DNA of 64,000 nucleotides, taken from assembly GCF_009834535.1 (NCBI RefSeq), contig NC_045697.1, forward strand, positions 62,870,001 through 62,934,000, given 5' to 3'. The position numbers and the translations under genes are program-made. Below are positions 27,951 to 40,614 of this stretch, piece after piece. Positions within the stretch are counted from its first letter, which is position 1, and the number at the start of each line of letters is the position of its first letter. Under the pieces are notes generated by a model, which did no database searches, was not told the DNA's origin, and saw only the letters and a list, made by a program, of their open reading frames with translations. The DNA comes from Camelus ferus. Lineage: Eukaryota.

Positions 27951-30900
27951 AAGTGTCAGAGAGAAAAAGCGTCCAGGACAGGAGACAGTATTCAAGAATT
28001 CTACTAACTTGGTAAAAATCAGTAAAGCCTACCTAAATATTTCAACATGGAATTCAAGGTGTACTGATGGAGATTTTATATATTTTGAAATAAATATTTT
28101 CTTGGAGCAGAGGTCCAAGAAATAAAAGCTGTGAGAAAAATCCAGAGGAAGATGCAGGGCAGTTAGAAAGCAGTCAGCTTTCTATTTTGGGATCTGCGAG
28201 AGATGGACATTACAGTCTCTTGCACATTGTGCTTTTCACTGAAGAAATTCTTAGCATAAAAATTGTCAGGATTAAGGCGGCTATAGTGCTTCCCTTAGGT
28301 TGTTCTTGGGCAGAACTGTTTTGAGTGGACTCGGAGGCCCCAAATTCTAAGAAGATTAAGCCAGTGGAAATAGGCCTGATAGGGCACTGGTTATCTCTGT
28401 ATCCAGTGTGACAAGCCTTATTCACAGTAATGCAATTTCTGATGACGTTTATTTTTTCCAGTTTTACTTTAAATTGATTTAGGTAACAAGGTGATAATTC
28501 CGGGCATGAGCTGAGAGATTTTCATATCCAGCAAGAAAAAATGTAAAAGCTTAGCCACAGCTGATGTTCGGCTTGGGCATTTAGGGAAAATCTTGACACA
28601 TTACTTCTGAGGATGACTTCCCCCCCAAAACAGCCAGCATCTGTGTGATCAAATTTGAATGCAAGCGACTGTAACATTTAGAAAGGTCCTTTAACACCAG
28701 CTTCTCCCGGGATAGAAACTGTTTGAAATCAAGAGAAATCGTGATTTTCCTCACCTTCACTAAGTCTTCCTCAAGAGAAAGGGCATTGTTTAACTCTTTA
28801 TTTCTGCTGTTGTTTCTGCTCAAAGTCTGACTGCCTGCCGTCTTCCTAATAAACAAAGGGGAATTATATTGACCTATTCATTTTCAAAGAGACTTAAAAA
28901 GGCATTAAAAAATCAATTCTCATAGTGTCCAATTTGAGTCTCTCAGTCACTCTTTTTCCTGAGAAAAACCTGAAAGCAATATTCACATGAAACATATTCA
29001 CTCAAAATGCAGACAGCAGTGCTTTACCCACTGATATTTACCAGGTTAGTAGGATTCTTCAATACTCTTTCCCATGCTGGGTGCTTTTCATTACTATCCT
29101 TCTCCATTTCCCTTTTTTGTTTCAATGTTTTAAATTTTATAATGGTTTAGACTTACTTTTATATGTGGTATCTTAAATTCTTTGGAGAAAAGCTAATTCA
29201 AAACCTCATCAAAAAATTAAAATGCTTACAGAGGTAGTCACAGAGGCAAAGGAATAACTTGCTCATATATTATCGTTTCTTTTAATCAATGTTTTCCTTT
29301 CAATGATCATGACATTTTTTGACAGTCAAGGTCTGTCACTGTAAGCACCTAAGAGTAAAGTCTTTATTGTTAAATTTTATTTCTCTTTGATGTGCAATGC
29401 ATTATGTGAGGAAAACAATGGCTTTTCTTTTTCATTACCTTTCTAGTTTAGAATATAGACCATTCACCTCAAGGCAACTGTATGATGAAAGATAGTTAAT
29501 CGCTTATTAAAGACTCATTTCAAATTCTAATTCCTCTATGTTTCAACAAAAATACATCATATTCTTAAATTTCCTCACTTATTACTTAGTATGAAATCTT
29601 AAACAAGGAAATAATTGTACAAAGAAATTGTATCATTAGCTCATTTTAAATTGCAATTTTATTTTGGAAGCTACTGATAATTTAAACAGCAAATGGCCTC
29701 ATCTGCTTACCTAGCTATATCTCATTTTTCTAAAATTTATTTTTCCACTTTATATTTTTATTTTACCAAAACAAGACCCCTAAGAAGCCATCAAACTTTG
29801 TACTACAATTCTTATCTGTAAAGAGAGAAATTATATTCATAAAAGCATGAATAATTTTACTGTTATAACATATGTGAAGAGTGACTACTGTATTATTGAA
29901 AGAACCAATTACATATCACTGACTTCCTTCTAGCTACAATTTACCTTGCAAAAAGTGATGACTTATTGTCTTCTAGAAATAGAAAAGGAGAAATGCCAAA
30001 AGATAGTGCTAGAGTATGTCATCTTTTCATTTCTAATAACAAATAAATTGGAGTTAAAAGTGATTTTTTTCATCATGACATAACATTAGAAAGTCTGGCA
30101 ATGTTGGATTAAATTCATCTTAAATACAATTAGAAAGAAAATGTAAATGGAAGGAAATTGTTCAGGTTAACACCCAAGGTTGAGGTTAAGTAGTGATGTA
30201 GAAAAACAATTGAGCATCAAGAGAGGAAAACTCCAGTTGGGATCAATGGGCCTGATTCTGCTTAACAGACATGTGTACCTTTGTAAAATTATTTAATCCC
30301 TATGAGCCTCTAGTTTCCCCATCTGTAAACCTCTATCAGAGTTGTTTTGGGATAAATACATTTTTTTAAGTAAAAATAAAAGCCTTGAAAATTATAACAC
30401 CTAAAGGAATTAAAATGACTAATTTATTTATACCATGATAATGTTTTCCTTTTACCTGTGTATTTTTATAAGTAAAATTGAAATTTTAATACTGTAGTTA
30501 AGTTAACAGGTACAATTTTCTCAGAACAATTGACTAGCTCATATCATTATGTTGCTTTATCTGCTGCCTTTCTGGAATTTTCCTTTACAAAATTTAATTC
30601 CATTACAGCTCTCTAATATTGCTACTCTATTATCATAATCTTCATTAGCACATAATTGCCCTTCCTTCTCCATACTTCTTTTTGCTGGAGACTAATGTAA
30701 AATTGCAGTTCATTAATTATGCCATTATAAAACATTCTTGTTAATTTGATTACTTCATGCATTTATCTTTGAACTTCCCCTTTCCTGATTTTTTTCCCTG
30801 CTCTAGTTATGTTTATTTCTTATTGCATTCATCTTTTTATGGTATAATTTTTTATACAGCTGAAAGCAATTTATTTTTAAAAGACCTGGATATATCTGTA

Positions 30901-33900
30901 CCTGAATGGATCATAAAAATCTTATATGCTATAGTTTTTCAGATCAGGAATAATCACATTAAATAGCATTCATAACATTCCAAAGGGGATTTAGGACTGA
31001 GTCAAAAGGAAGATTTCAGGATATGACATGTACCCAAAATTCAGATTGGAACTGAAACAGTATGTTGACAAAACAGCAGAGAGAAAAATCATAAAGAGGG
31101 AGGAAAAATCCAACAATCAATAAATTGCCTATTCAGAGCCGTGAAGATTTTACAGTTAGAATATTAGCCAGATAGCTTCCTTTCAACCAGACTGTTGCTG
31201 TTGTTGCTGTTTTTGTATGGTCTTTGGATTTGGCACTACTTTCATACATAAACTTAAAAGGAAGCGAAAGCCCCGCCCAGAGAATTAATGAACTTAGAAA
31301 TAATCAGACAAATTATAGTCTTTACAAAACACTTTAAGTTATTTTACAGATATTAACTGCTTTGTTTTGCCAAAAAAAAAAAAAAAAAAAACCAACAAAA
31401 TGTTTTCTGAAGACTTCTGGTTGATTGTTTGTTTTAGGGCTGTTTCCCCATACTTAGCCATGGTGGTATCTTGACTTTCCAGGATTCCCAGTAGATGAAA
31501 GGCTAGGGCATGCATTGATACCTCTTCTCCTTGACACTTTCATGAGTTTCTTGGTAAATGTCCACTCCCAAACTTTCTGCCCTTCCTACCAACCCCTTGC
31601 CAATGGCCCTACCAGATATCTCTAGGTTTGGGGGGCAACTTTGAAGGTTTTAAGACAAATATTTGCTTGCTTTCCACACCCACTTATTTTTTCCCTTGCT
31701 CTATTTTACAGGTAACATAGTTTTTTTTTTTCTGAAAATCTAATAAAAGTCAAATATGTCTACCACTGTAAATCTTGTGAAATGACTTGGTTTTAAATGA
31801 ATTATGGCAGCTAGTTCTTTAATGTAAGCGTGAACTAAACATTCTCATTAGGTAGCCATTTTATGATTTATGTTTATATCTTTATCTAGGAAGTATCTTC
31901 CCAGATCCCCAAAATCCTTGAAAAAGACTGTTATCATAGATGCCTTTTCTACTATATTTTACCATCAAAACTAGGCTTTTATTAGGGTCTTTTCTGACCA
32001 GCCTTTAGGAAAGGAAATCACAGTTCATTCCACTTATTTTTTGAATCAGCTTCTGAAGTATATGGTAATAGGAAGGAAAGTGTTTTGTTATTATTATAAA
32101 TAATCACCAACATTTACATAACATTGTATAGTTTTGGATGTGCTGGCACATGAATTACCTCATTAAATGAGACATGAGGAAATTCTCAGTTAATAATGTC
32201 AGCTCCTGAATGAGATGGTTTACTTTTCCCTTCTCATCACCAGACTTGAGGAGCGTGTCTACTAGGTTCACGTTCATTATCTGTGAGGATTCCAAAGGCA
32301 GCTGCAATGGACTATTGAAGTGAAGAATGACATACTGTCAAGCTGTGTGATTAGAAAACAGAATGTGATTTTGGCAACATGAGAAATTACAGGACAGCGA
32401 TAGATACAATGAACCAAGAAGGCAGAAAAACAACTAAACTTTATAAAGCAAGTAAAAAGCATTAGAGCATTAGAATAATAAATTAAGGTGTTAATAACCT
32501 TTCCGAATTTACTTGGTGTGAAACATATCTTGAAAATATTTTCATAGATAGATATAAAGATTTGACTGGAGCTGCTTATGGAAAGACACATAATTAAAGA
32601 AATCACTCATCCAATATCAGCTAAAATTAATTTGACAATTCCTATAATATAAAACCTATAGTTACATATCTTCCCTCAATTCCCCAATTTGAAATATTTA
32701 TCTCAACATACAATTAAAAATTGTTATTCCAATACTAATAACTGAAAAGGTAAACCTCTATGTAACTGGAAAACATGACAGCTTCCTTGAATCCTTTTAT
32801 ACCATCCACAGTCCTCCAACCCTTCAACCTCCCAACCCCAATTATCAAAGCATGTAAGATGGAGATTTTGGAATTCTTTAGAGAAATTCTTAGAACATAC
32901 AAAAAGTCGCTGAATTTAAGGATAGAAACCAAAGAGAATTAATTTATAAGAAAAATGAAGGATTTGTTGTTCATGTTTTGTTTGTTTTGGTTTGGTTCAG
33001 ATTGGTTTGGGGGGAGGGGTACTCTGAGTGAGGCAGAGAAGAAAGAGAAGGAACACTGAAGAAAAGAGGAGGGAAAAGAATAGAAGATTGAGCCAGAAGA
33101 GAGAACAATGGAAGGAGAACCAGAACAACAGCAGAAGAGTCAATAAGAAAGACAAACAGAATGGTGGGAGGCTAAAGCATGAATTTTGGAAATAATAGAA
33201 ATTTTAAGAAATGATATTTAATATTCAGTTTAGTTTGTATTGCAGTAATGCACATTTTCAAGCCCCAGAATTTTAGCTATCTGTTATACACACAAAAGTT
33301 TCCTGGGAGCATAACTGTGGTGTACTTGTGTGTGTGCATGTTTGAGTGTGTAAAGTAAAATAAAAAAAGGGGGAGTATAGTTAGAAGTGGATAGATATGT
33401 GTACTTTAAATGATCAATTTAGAATATTAGTAAAAATAGGGAGAACACCAAAAGAAAAACTGAAAAAGTAACAAAGTTGAACATGACATAATTGAATGTT
33501 TTTCTGGTGCTGGTCCCCTATGGAAAAAGCTAGCATTCAATTTTAAGTTTTGATTCATAAGGGAAAACCAGATGCCATCGTAGATGTAACCCTGCCCATT
33601 AAACACTAGATAGATTGGCATATAAGCCAGTTTTAAAATATGTAGAATGCTCACCCACCTCACCAGAATGTCCCTGCCTTCCCAGGGCCAGAGGGAGTGA
33701 CTGTGTTCATGTGTGTGGCGTCTGTTTTAGGTTGAGGCAGGTGGGGCTGGATAAACTCTCATGGCTCTGTTGGCACCAAATTTCACATTCAGTGATTTAG
33801 TTCAGTGTCCTTATTCATCCAGACATACAATCTAGTTCTTTTCTCCCACGTTCTTGAATACCATGGGGCACTAATAAAAAATGGTAAATTCTATCTGGGT

Positions 33901-34279
33901 AGTCTTTAAATTCTAATTACAACTGCATGTTGACAGAAAGGCCTGAAAAAGCTAAAAAGATCATTCTTTAATGACAAAACAAGCTTCACGTTGACAGCTG
34001 GAAGTAGAGGGAGAATACAGAGAAATTACTAAGATGAAAACTAATTAGTTTATCTGTAATTCCAACCCCACTGATAGTCAAATATTTTTTATTCTTGCCT
34101 ACATGAATTACCACAAGATTTCTATCTGGAAAAAAAACATTATGTACCTATTATAACCTTTTTGTTCCATGAGTGCTTCTGGGAATAATTATCTTTGAAT
34201 TACCTTGACTTTAGGTTTAAAAACAAACAAACAAACTCAAACCCATGGGTGTTCTCTTGACTGTTATTTAATTCTATCT

Positions 34280-34825
34280 GTATTCTGTATTGGGTGGAGT
34301 TTTGTTGTAGAGAGCACACTCCTTGCTAACTGGTTTAAACATAAAGAGGTTTACTCCTGGCTATGAAATGGTTTGCAGAATTTGGGGGAATGCTACAGAA
34401 ACTGATTTAAGGCTGAACATTGAGGTACAAGTCCTAAAGTCAAACAACATCCAGGAAAGGGTCCTGATGCTGTACAGTGTGTTGGAACTGAACAGCTCAA
34501 GAGTCTTCTGATCTGGAAATGATAGGAACGTGTGGAGTCAGGAAGCTGACTCATAAATTAGGAAACTATTACAATTTCTGGCTTCAGAACATACCACTAT
34601 TACTATACTATGAGTGAATAAAATGGATATTTCCTGCTTAGTTCCTCTTCAGAGATATCTTTCTTCCAATTCCAGGTCAAGAGGATCCAACCATTGGTGG
34701 AAATTAAATCATACAGGGGAATGTCAGGGAGTCTGGTAAGTGTGGCCTTTACTTTCCAGCCTCTGTACACTTAAAAGTGGAAGGAATATGTTTCTGAGTG
34801 AGTTGGTTCTTGGTACCAGCCACAT
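34280..34825 (-). mobile_element. Degraded old MaLR (MLT1-type) LTR
   Basis: ggtttaaacataaagagg ... cagggagtctggtaagtgtggccttttactttccagcctct ... cagccaca; only patchy similarity. Confidence 0.4.
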
Positions 34826-35368
34826 ATTCCTCTTGGTTGCAGCCTCAGGGAGTTAGTATAGTAACATATACTATTAATTAAAATATTTAGAATAAACTGG
34901 ACTTATGAATAAAACATGAGAATAAAATTTGAAAATCCTTACTAATATTAGGGAAGAATAGCATGCAATCTCGAGTAACATAGATTTATAGTTCTCAATT
35001 AGTTTCATACATCCTCTACAGGGACATTTGGAAATGACTGGGGAATGCTATGGGCATCTGGTGGACAGGACCAGAAGTAGCACACTGGACATTTAATAAA
35101 ATATGATGCAATGGAGAATTACCCTACTTTAAATACCAATAGCCTCCTTTTTCAGAAATATTGACACAAGTTATCTCCAAATAATTTTAATAACCTACAT
35201 CATCATCAGAAAAATTTGCTGGCTTGAATAGCATTTTTTTTTCTACTCTCTTATGGAAGGGCACATACCCAGATGAATGTTTCCTATGTATGGCAATAGG
35301 TGAAAAAAGAAGCATGAATAAAAGGGATTAATATTTTATAACAAAAGAAACCATTTGATTTTAGTAAA

Positions 35369-35553
35369 TAGTGGTCCTCAAAGAATGTTCAGCTAATCAG
35401 AAGCACTAGCATCACCTGGGTACTTGTAATAGAAATAAAAATCTCTGCCCCAAACCTACTAAGTTAGAAACTCTGGGTTTGGGGTGCAGCAATCTGTGTG
35501 TTAACAAGCCCTCCAAGTGGTTTTTGATATGCTTTAAACTTTGAGACAGCTGC
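35369..35553. mobile_element. MER5A hAT-Charlie DNA transposon
   Basis: agtggtcctcaaag ... agcatcacctggg ... gcaatctgtgtgttaacaagccctccaagtg ... tttgaga. Confidence 0.85.
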
Positions 35554-35795
35554 TGGAATAAAAGCATCAAGGAGTGAATGCTGTAAGAGTTTGGTGTATG
35601 TAGAGAATCTGAGTTTTCATATGTGATGAGTGTGTTAAATGGAAAGAAATATTTTATATTAAATTGGCCTGCATTGGATTGGGTCTCTCTAATAGCAATT
35701 CTCCCCAAGCATGATATCCAAGAAGATATGGAAGAGAATAGATTTAAGGAACGAGACACACTGAGGAATTACACCAGAGAAATCCAGAAGCAGAG

Positions 35796-36394
35796 TGTAT
35801 TAGTTTTTTATGAATGCTATAAAAAATAACCACAAACTTAAGGTCACAGCTTAATTATCTCACACTTTCTGTTAATCAACAGTCTCACAGGGGCCTTATT
35901 TATGTAAAATCAAGATAGCCACCAGGGCAGCATTTCTTACTTGCGGCCCTGCAGAGAGTCTGTTTCCCAGCTCATTCATGTTATTGGCCAAAATCAGTTC
36001 CTTGAGGCTGCAGGACCGAGATCTCCATTTTCATACTAGCTGTCAGCAGCAGGCCCCCCTTTGCTTCTAGAGGCCTCTATCTAGTTCATGCATAAAGCCA
36101 CCCATATCAAACCTTTCTCATACTTGGAGTCTTCGATTTCCCCTGTTGCTCTTCATATTCTGCCTCCCTCTTCCACCATATCTATCTGACTCCAGCCAGA
36201 GAGCATTCTCTGCTTTTAAGGGATCATGTGGTTAGATTGGCCTCGCCTGGATAATGCAGGTTACTCTCCTTATTTTAAGACCTGTAGCCTCAAAGGCATC
36301 TTCAAAGTCCCCTTTTCCATGTAACATAACGTATGCACAGGTCCCAGGGATTAGGGCAGGAACATCTTGGAGAACCATGATTCAGCCTGCCATG
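35796..36394 (-). mobile_element. MaLR LTR (MLT1D/E-like)
   Basis: tgtattagttt ... aaccacaaactta ... cagttccttgaggctgcaggaccgag ... caggtcccagggattagggcaggaacatcttgg. Confidence 0.85.
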
Positions 36395-37050
36395 TGGGGA
36401 AATTGATTCATTCATGCCTTCAGCTATAGCATTAACTGTGCCAGGTTCTAGAGTACAAAAAAATGAATGCTGTATTTCTCTCTGTCAAGGATTTTACAGT
36501 CTGGAGTATGTAGAGGCAGATAAGGGAATCAGAGAGAGAGAGCTTATTAATGAGACAATTCACTTGTAATAGTGATTCCTAGATATACTATAATCTTTGT
36601 GTTAATGAAGATTAAATAATAAGAATCTCAGGCAGCGGAATTTCAATGGCAGGTAGTTCCATTTAGAAAATCTGTCCACTTATCAGGGTCTCAGTTAGGG
36701 CACTTGGTAGCAGCTAAGTCTCCAGACTTGGTGAGGAGCAGGAAAAGAGTGACTCTCAATCATTCAACCTAAATAGAGTCCAGTCTCTCAAAGGGACTGA
36801 GGCGTCGTAAGTGAAACTAGTGAGAACTTAAAAATGGAGACCAAAGTGGAAACACAGTAGTACAACTCAACCATATAGCAGTAGAAAGGAGAAGGACCCT
36901 GGGGCTTGGGGGAACCACGCACAAACACAGGAACTTCCCTCAGTGGTTCCGGGTGTTGTGTCTAAATTGGTACTAAAGGGACCTGAGAAAACAATTCAGA
37001 ACAGTGGTCATCACTGGGTGTGTTTAGAAGCAGCAAAAGCTTGTGTGCAA

Positions 37051-38201
37051 ACTTGAACGAGGGGGCCATGGCTGACACAGCTGACCTGGTGGTCCTTGGG
37101 GCCTTCTATGGGCAAGGGAGCAAAGGTGGCATGATGTCCATCTTCCTCATGGGCTGCTATGACCCGAGCAGCCAGAAGTGGTGCACAGTCACCAAGTGTG
37201 CAGGAGGCCATGACGACGCGACACTTGCCCGGCTGCAGAAGGAACTGGACATGGTGAAGATCAGCAAGGATCCCAGCAAGATACCCAGCTGGCTGAAAAT
37301 CAATAAGATCTACTACCCTGATTTCATCGTCCCAGACCCAAAGAAAGCTGCCGTGTGGGAGATCACAGGGGCTGAATTCTCCAAATCTGAGGCTCACACA
37401 GCCGACGGGATCTCCATCCGATTCCCTCGCTGCACCCGAATCCGTGATGATAAGGACTGGAAGTCTGCCACTAACCTCCCCCAACTCAAGGAACTGTACC
37501 AGCTGTCCAAGGAGCGGGCGGCCTTCACCCTAGTGGCCGGAGATGAGGGGAGCTCCACCACAGGGGGCAGCAGCGGAGAGAACGAGGGCACCTCGGGGCC
37601 AGCTGTCTCTCACAAGGCTCCGAGAGCCTCCCCCAAGCGGCCCTCGGCCAGTGCCAAGAAGGCAGGAGAGAAGCTGAGTGGCTCCGACGGTAGAGGCGGC
37701 ACCAAGCTGGCTGCAAAGCCTTCCCCTGTGAAAGTGGGAGAGAAGCGGAAGGCCCCCGATGAGACCCCGTGCCAAGCAAAGGTGCTGCTGGACATCTTCA
37801 CTGGGGTGCGGCTCTACCTGCCGCCTTCCACTCCAGACTTCAGTCGTCTGAGACGCTACTTTGTGGCATTCGATGGGAACCTGGTGCAGGAATTTGACAT
37901 GGCCTCAGCCACACATGTGCTGGGTAGCAGGGACAAGAACCCCGAGGCCCAGCAGGTCTCCCCGGAGTGGATTTGGGCATGTATCCGGAAACGGAGACTG
38001 GTAGCCCCCTGCTAGGACTGCTGCCTCCCCCTCCCTCACGCCGTACCCTACCCCACCACGCTACTCCTGGACCGGGCACCGGCTGGGCAGGCAGACATAG
38101 GACAGCAGGAGGTGGGGACAGTCTTCCTTCTCCAAGCTGCGCAGCTTCCAAAACCCACCAACCGTGCATGGTCTCTTCCCAGCGAGAGTTAGTTGCTGTG
38201 G
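37051..38201 (+). pseudogene. LIG3: Processed (intronless) partial retrocopy of DNA ligase III alpha mRNA: OB-fold + linker + BRCT coding region and proximal 3' UTR
   Basis: Translation [26 protein letters not shown] ... [18 protein letters not shown] ... [32 protein letters not shown] ... [15 protein letters not shown] is the LIG3-alpha C-terminus. It is contiguous across a region split into several exons in the parental gene, with a sharp GC/CpG rise versus the flanks. The 3' boundary is approximate (last CpG near 38183; similarity to the recalled human UTR ends near TTAGTTGCTGTGG). Confidence 0.95.
37068..38015 (+). CDS. LIG3: Intact ORF within the LIG3 retrocopy: potential 315-aa OB-fold/BRCT protein lacking the zinc finger, DNA-binding and adenylation domains; expression unproven
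   Basis: First in-frame ATG at 37068 in strong Kozak context GGGGCCATGG, with no stops or frameshifts to TAG at 38013-38015. The ORF-track start at 37020 is a GTG in flanking DNA. Confidence 0.45.
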   Translation: MADTADLVVLGAFYGQGSKGGMMSIFLMGCYDPSSQKWCTVTKCAGGHDDATLARLQKELDMVKISKDPSKIPSWLKINKIYYPDFIVPDPKKAAVWEITGAEFSKSEAHTADGISIRFPRCTRIRDDKDWKSATNLPQLKELYQLSKERAAFTLVAGDEGSSTTGGSSGENEGTSGPAVSHKAPRASPKRPSASAKKAGEKLSGSDGRGGTKLAAKPSPVKVGEKRKAPDETPCQAKVLLDIFTGVRLYLPPSTPDFSRLRRYFVAFDGNLVQEFDMASATHVLGSRDKNPEAQQVSPEWIWACIRKRRLVAPC

Positions 38202-39197
38202 TTCTAGAGCAGAGAAGGACTGATCCTGGAGATTGTGTCAGGAGGCCATGAACTCACAGAACTTGACTGTCCTTCACTACTTTCTGTGTCTGTGTGGATT
38301 TGGCCATACTCTGTCAAACCAGAAGCTTTCCTCTGTATTTTAGATAAAAGATGTAAAGATGAGTAAAACAATACTCCAGGTGGTAACAGCAGCTGAGAAT
38401 TTAGGGTTTGGAATATAGAAGCTGTTTTTGGAAACAGACTCATGTCACATGGGTCAATAGTAATTTATTGAAATCAGCTTTTAAGATGATTGTGGGCTTG
38501 ATATATTGGATATATTATATTAACTTATTTTCTTTCTTTCCTTTCTTCCTTTCCATTGTAATATGGATTGTATTAGTTTTTTTTAACAATAATCCATTAG
38601 AGAGAAAATTATGAGGAGAGTGGGAATCTTGAAATGTTTTCAATTTTCAGTGACTAGAACAGAGGGTGATATTAGTACGTGCCAAGCCCAGATACCTTAC
38701 TTTTTGCCCTACTCAGCACATTTTGCTTCCTAAATAGAGGACATACATTCTCCCCTAGAAATGGGGCATTTTGTTTGACAACAAAGAAAAATTAAATAAT
38801 TTCCAAAAGATGATCTTTTTCAGTTAGAAAATAACAGCTAGAGTATCACTGTGTAAGTCTTAGTTTCCTAATCTCAACTCTCTCATTAAAGTGAGAAAAC
38901 CAAGGGAAGAGATAAAAGATGTATCCTACTTATATAGGCAAATCTTTCTACTGATGTAAAATGAGAGAGAGGAGAAAAACCAAAGCAGGTCTTTCGGGAA
39001 AGCCTCTAACTCAGGAAACATTTAGCACCCCGGAAGCTTCTGAGAAGTAAAGATAAAAGAGAGGAGTTGATACGGGAGACCAAATAGTTACGTGTGTGAA
39101 AAGGAATTGCCTTTGAGATGTTTAAAAGTCACATTTCTAAGAGTTTTGAGACTTCTTTTTTTCTAATGAATAAGCTTGACTTTTAAACAGCCATTGG

Positions 39198-39240
39198 CAC
39201 ACACACACACACACACACACACTCATACACATACACACAC
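39198..39240. repeat. (CA)n microsatellite, imperfect
   Basis: CA run followed by an interrupted CA/TA tail. Confidence 0.9.
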
Positions 39241-40614
39241 GTATATGTTGATTATTGCTTCTATTTCAAATTTGTATTAGAAATCCCAATAGAGAACAAT
39301 GTAACCTGTCTCAGGTAACAGCAAGTCAATCCTTAGCAGGGCTTTATCCAACTCTGGGGCTGATGCCCTGGTTTCCACTGACCTTTGGGGATCACTAGCA
39401 CTTCCAGTTGTGCCAGGGTGGCGTGGCCCATGCATTACGTGAGGCTAGTGATAATGCTATATTTGATTGTACATGTTCACATTATGGTTTTATTGTCAAT
39501 TGGATTCTGAATCTTTATGATAATATTTGGAGGGCACAAGACCACGGATAATGAGGACAGAGGGTTATGCCTGGATTTTAGGCTCACTCCAGATGTGACT
39601 CACCTTCCATAAATTAGTTACCCTCCCCTTGATTCAGCAAGAACTGCAATCTATGGTGGCCTGTGGCAAAGCTAACTGCAGGTGGTATCCACATGAGACG
39701 TAGTATCCATATAACTTACTGTGTTTTCCTGTGAATCTCATGTGAATTAACTTTTACCTCATAAATCCCCGAGGAGAGAAATTGCTAAAATTTGTTATAA
39801 AACACTTGCGTTAAAAAGCATATATTGCTATGGAAATGCTAACTAATGATAATAACTATTGGAATAAAGAGTAATTGAAGGACTAAAAATAGCTCACTCC
39901 AGGCAAAACTGAGCATGTTCTTTTAATTGTGCTAATATTATACAGAAAAAAATAAGCAAAGATTTTAAGATGACATGTTTTATTCAACAGCCTCACAGAC
40001 ATAATTCTCTTGGGTCTTCTCATTTTTGATTGCCTCTATTAATTGCTTTAACATTTTCCAACAAGTGTATCCCAGAGCCAAGAATGCCCAGTGTCCAAAC
40101 CACTGATGCTTGGAGCAGGTGGGCCACAGCTGCATGAAAGATAAAAAATCACAGCTGGAATTCTGCTATTCTCTGTCTAATTCTAAATATTTTACCTTAA
40201 AATATAGTGCTCAAATCCAAAAATATGTCTATACTAATTCTCTAGGAAAACTAGGTCCAACGTTCCTAATTTTTCTACACTTTAAAATGAAAACCTGAGA
40301 AGTTATATTAGTTTTGCTATTACTAACAATTACTATTTTTCTACGATGTAAATAATTATGAGAATTCTACCATTCTTTTCAATTTACCTAATTTGTGTAA
40401 TTGATTTCCGGTCATACAAAGTCCATCACTGCATAAGCCAGAATAGTATAATGTTGGCAAAGTAAAGCTACAGGTTACCACGTATTGTCTTCAATATAGC
40501 AAAGCCTTACCTGAATAGAATTTATTCTGAATCTGAAAAAAACAAAAAGTGGGTGAAATATAAGACAAACACATTTAATGAAACAGTGTATAACTTGGCT
40601 ACTTTTTGATTTAT

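Noticed and set aside
37020..37067. N-terminal extension [11 protein letters not shown] of the 331-aa ORF
   Set aside because: It starts at a GTG in flanking DNA, and LIG3 similarity begins only at about 37051. It is not a credible eukaryotic start.
37051..38015. Interpretation as the functional LIG3 gene or a viral ligase
   Set aside because: There are no introns and no upstream LIG3 exons in the preceding 37 kb, the catalytic domain is missing, and it carries the mammalian alpha BRCT tail and 3' UTR.
37011..38251. Antisense and overlapping ORFs (157, 109, 94, 84 and 81 aa) across the LIG3 copy
   Set aside because: These are shadow frames of GC-rich coding and UTR sequence with no recognisable homology.
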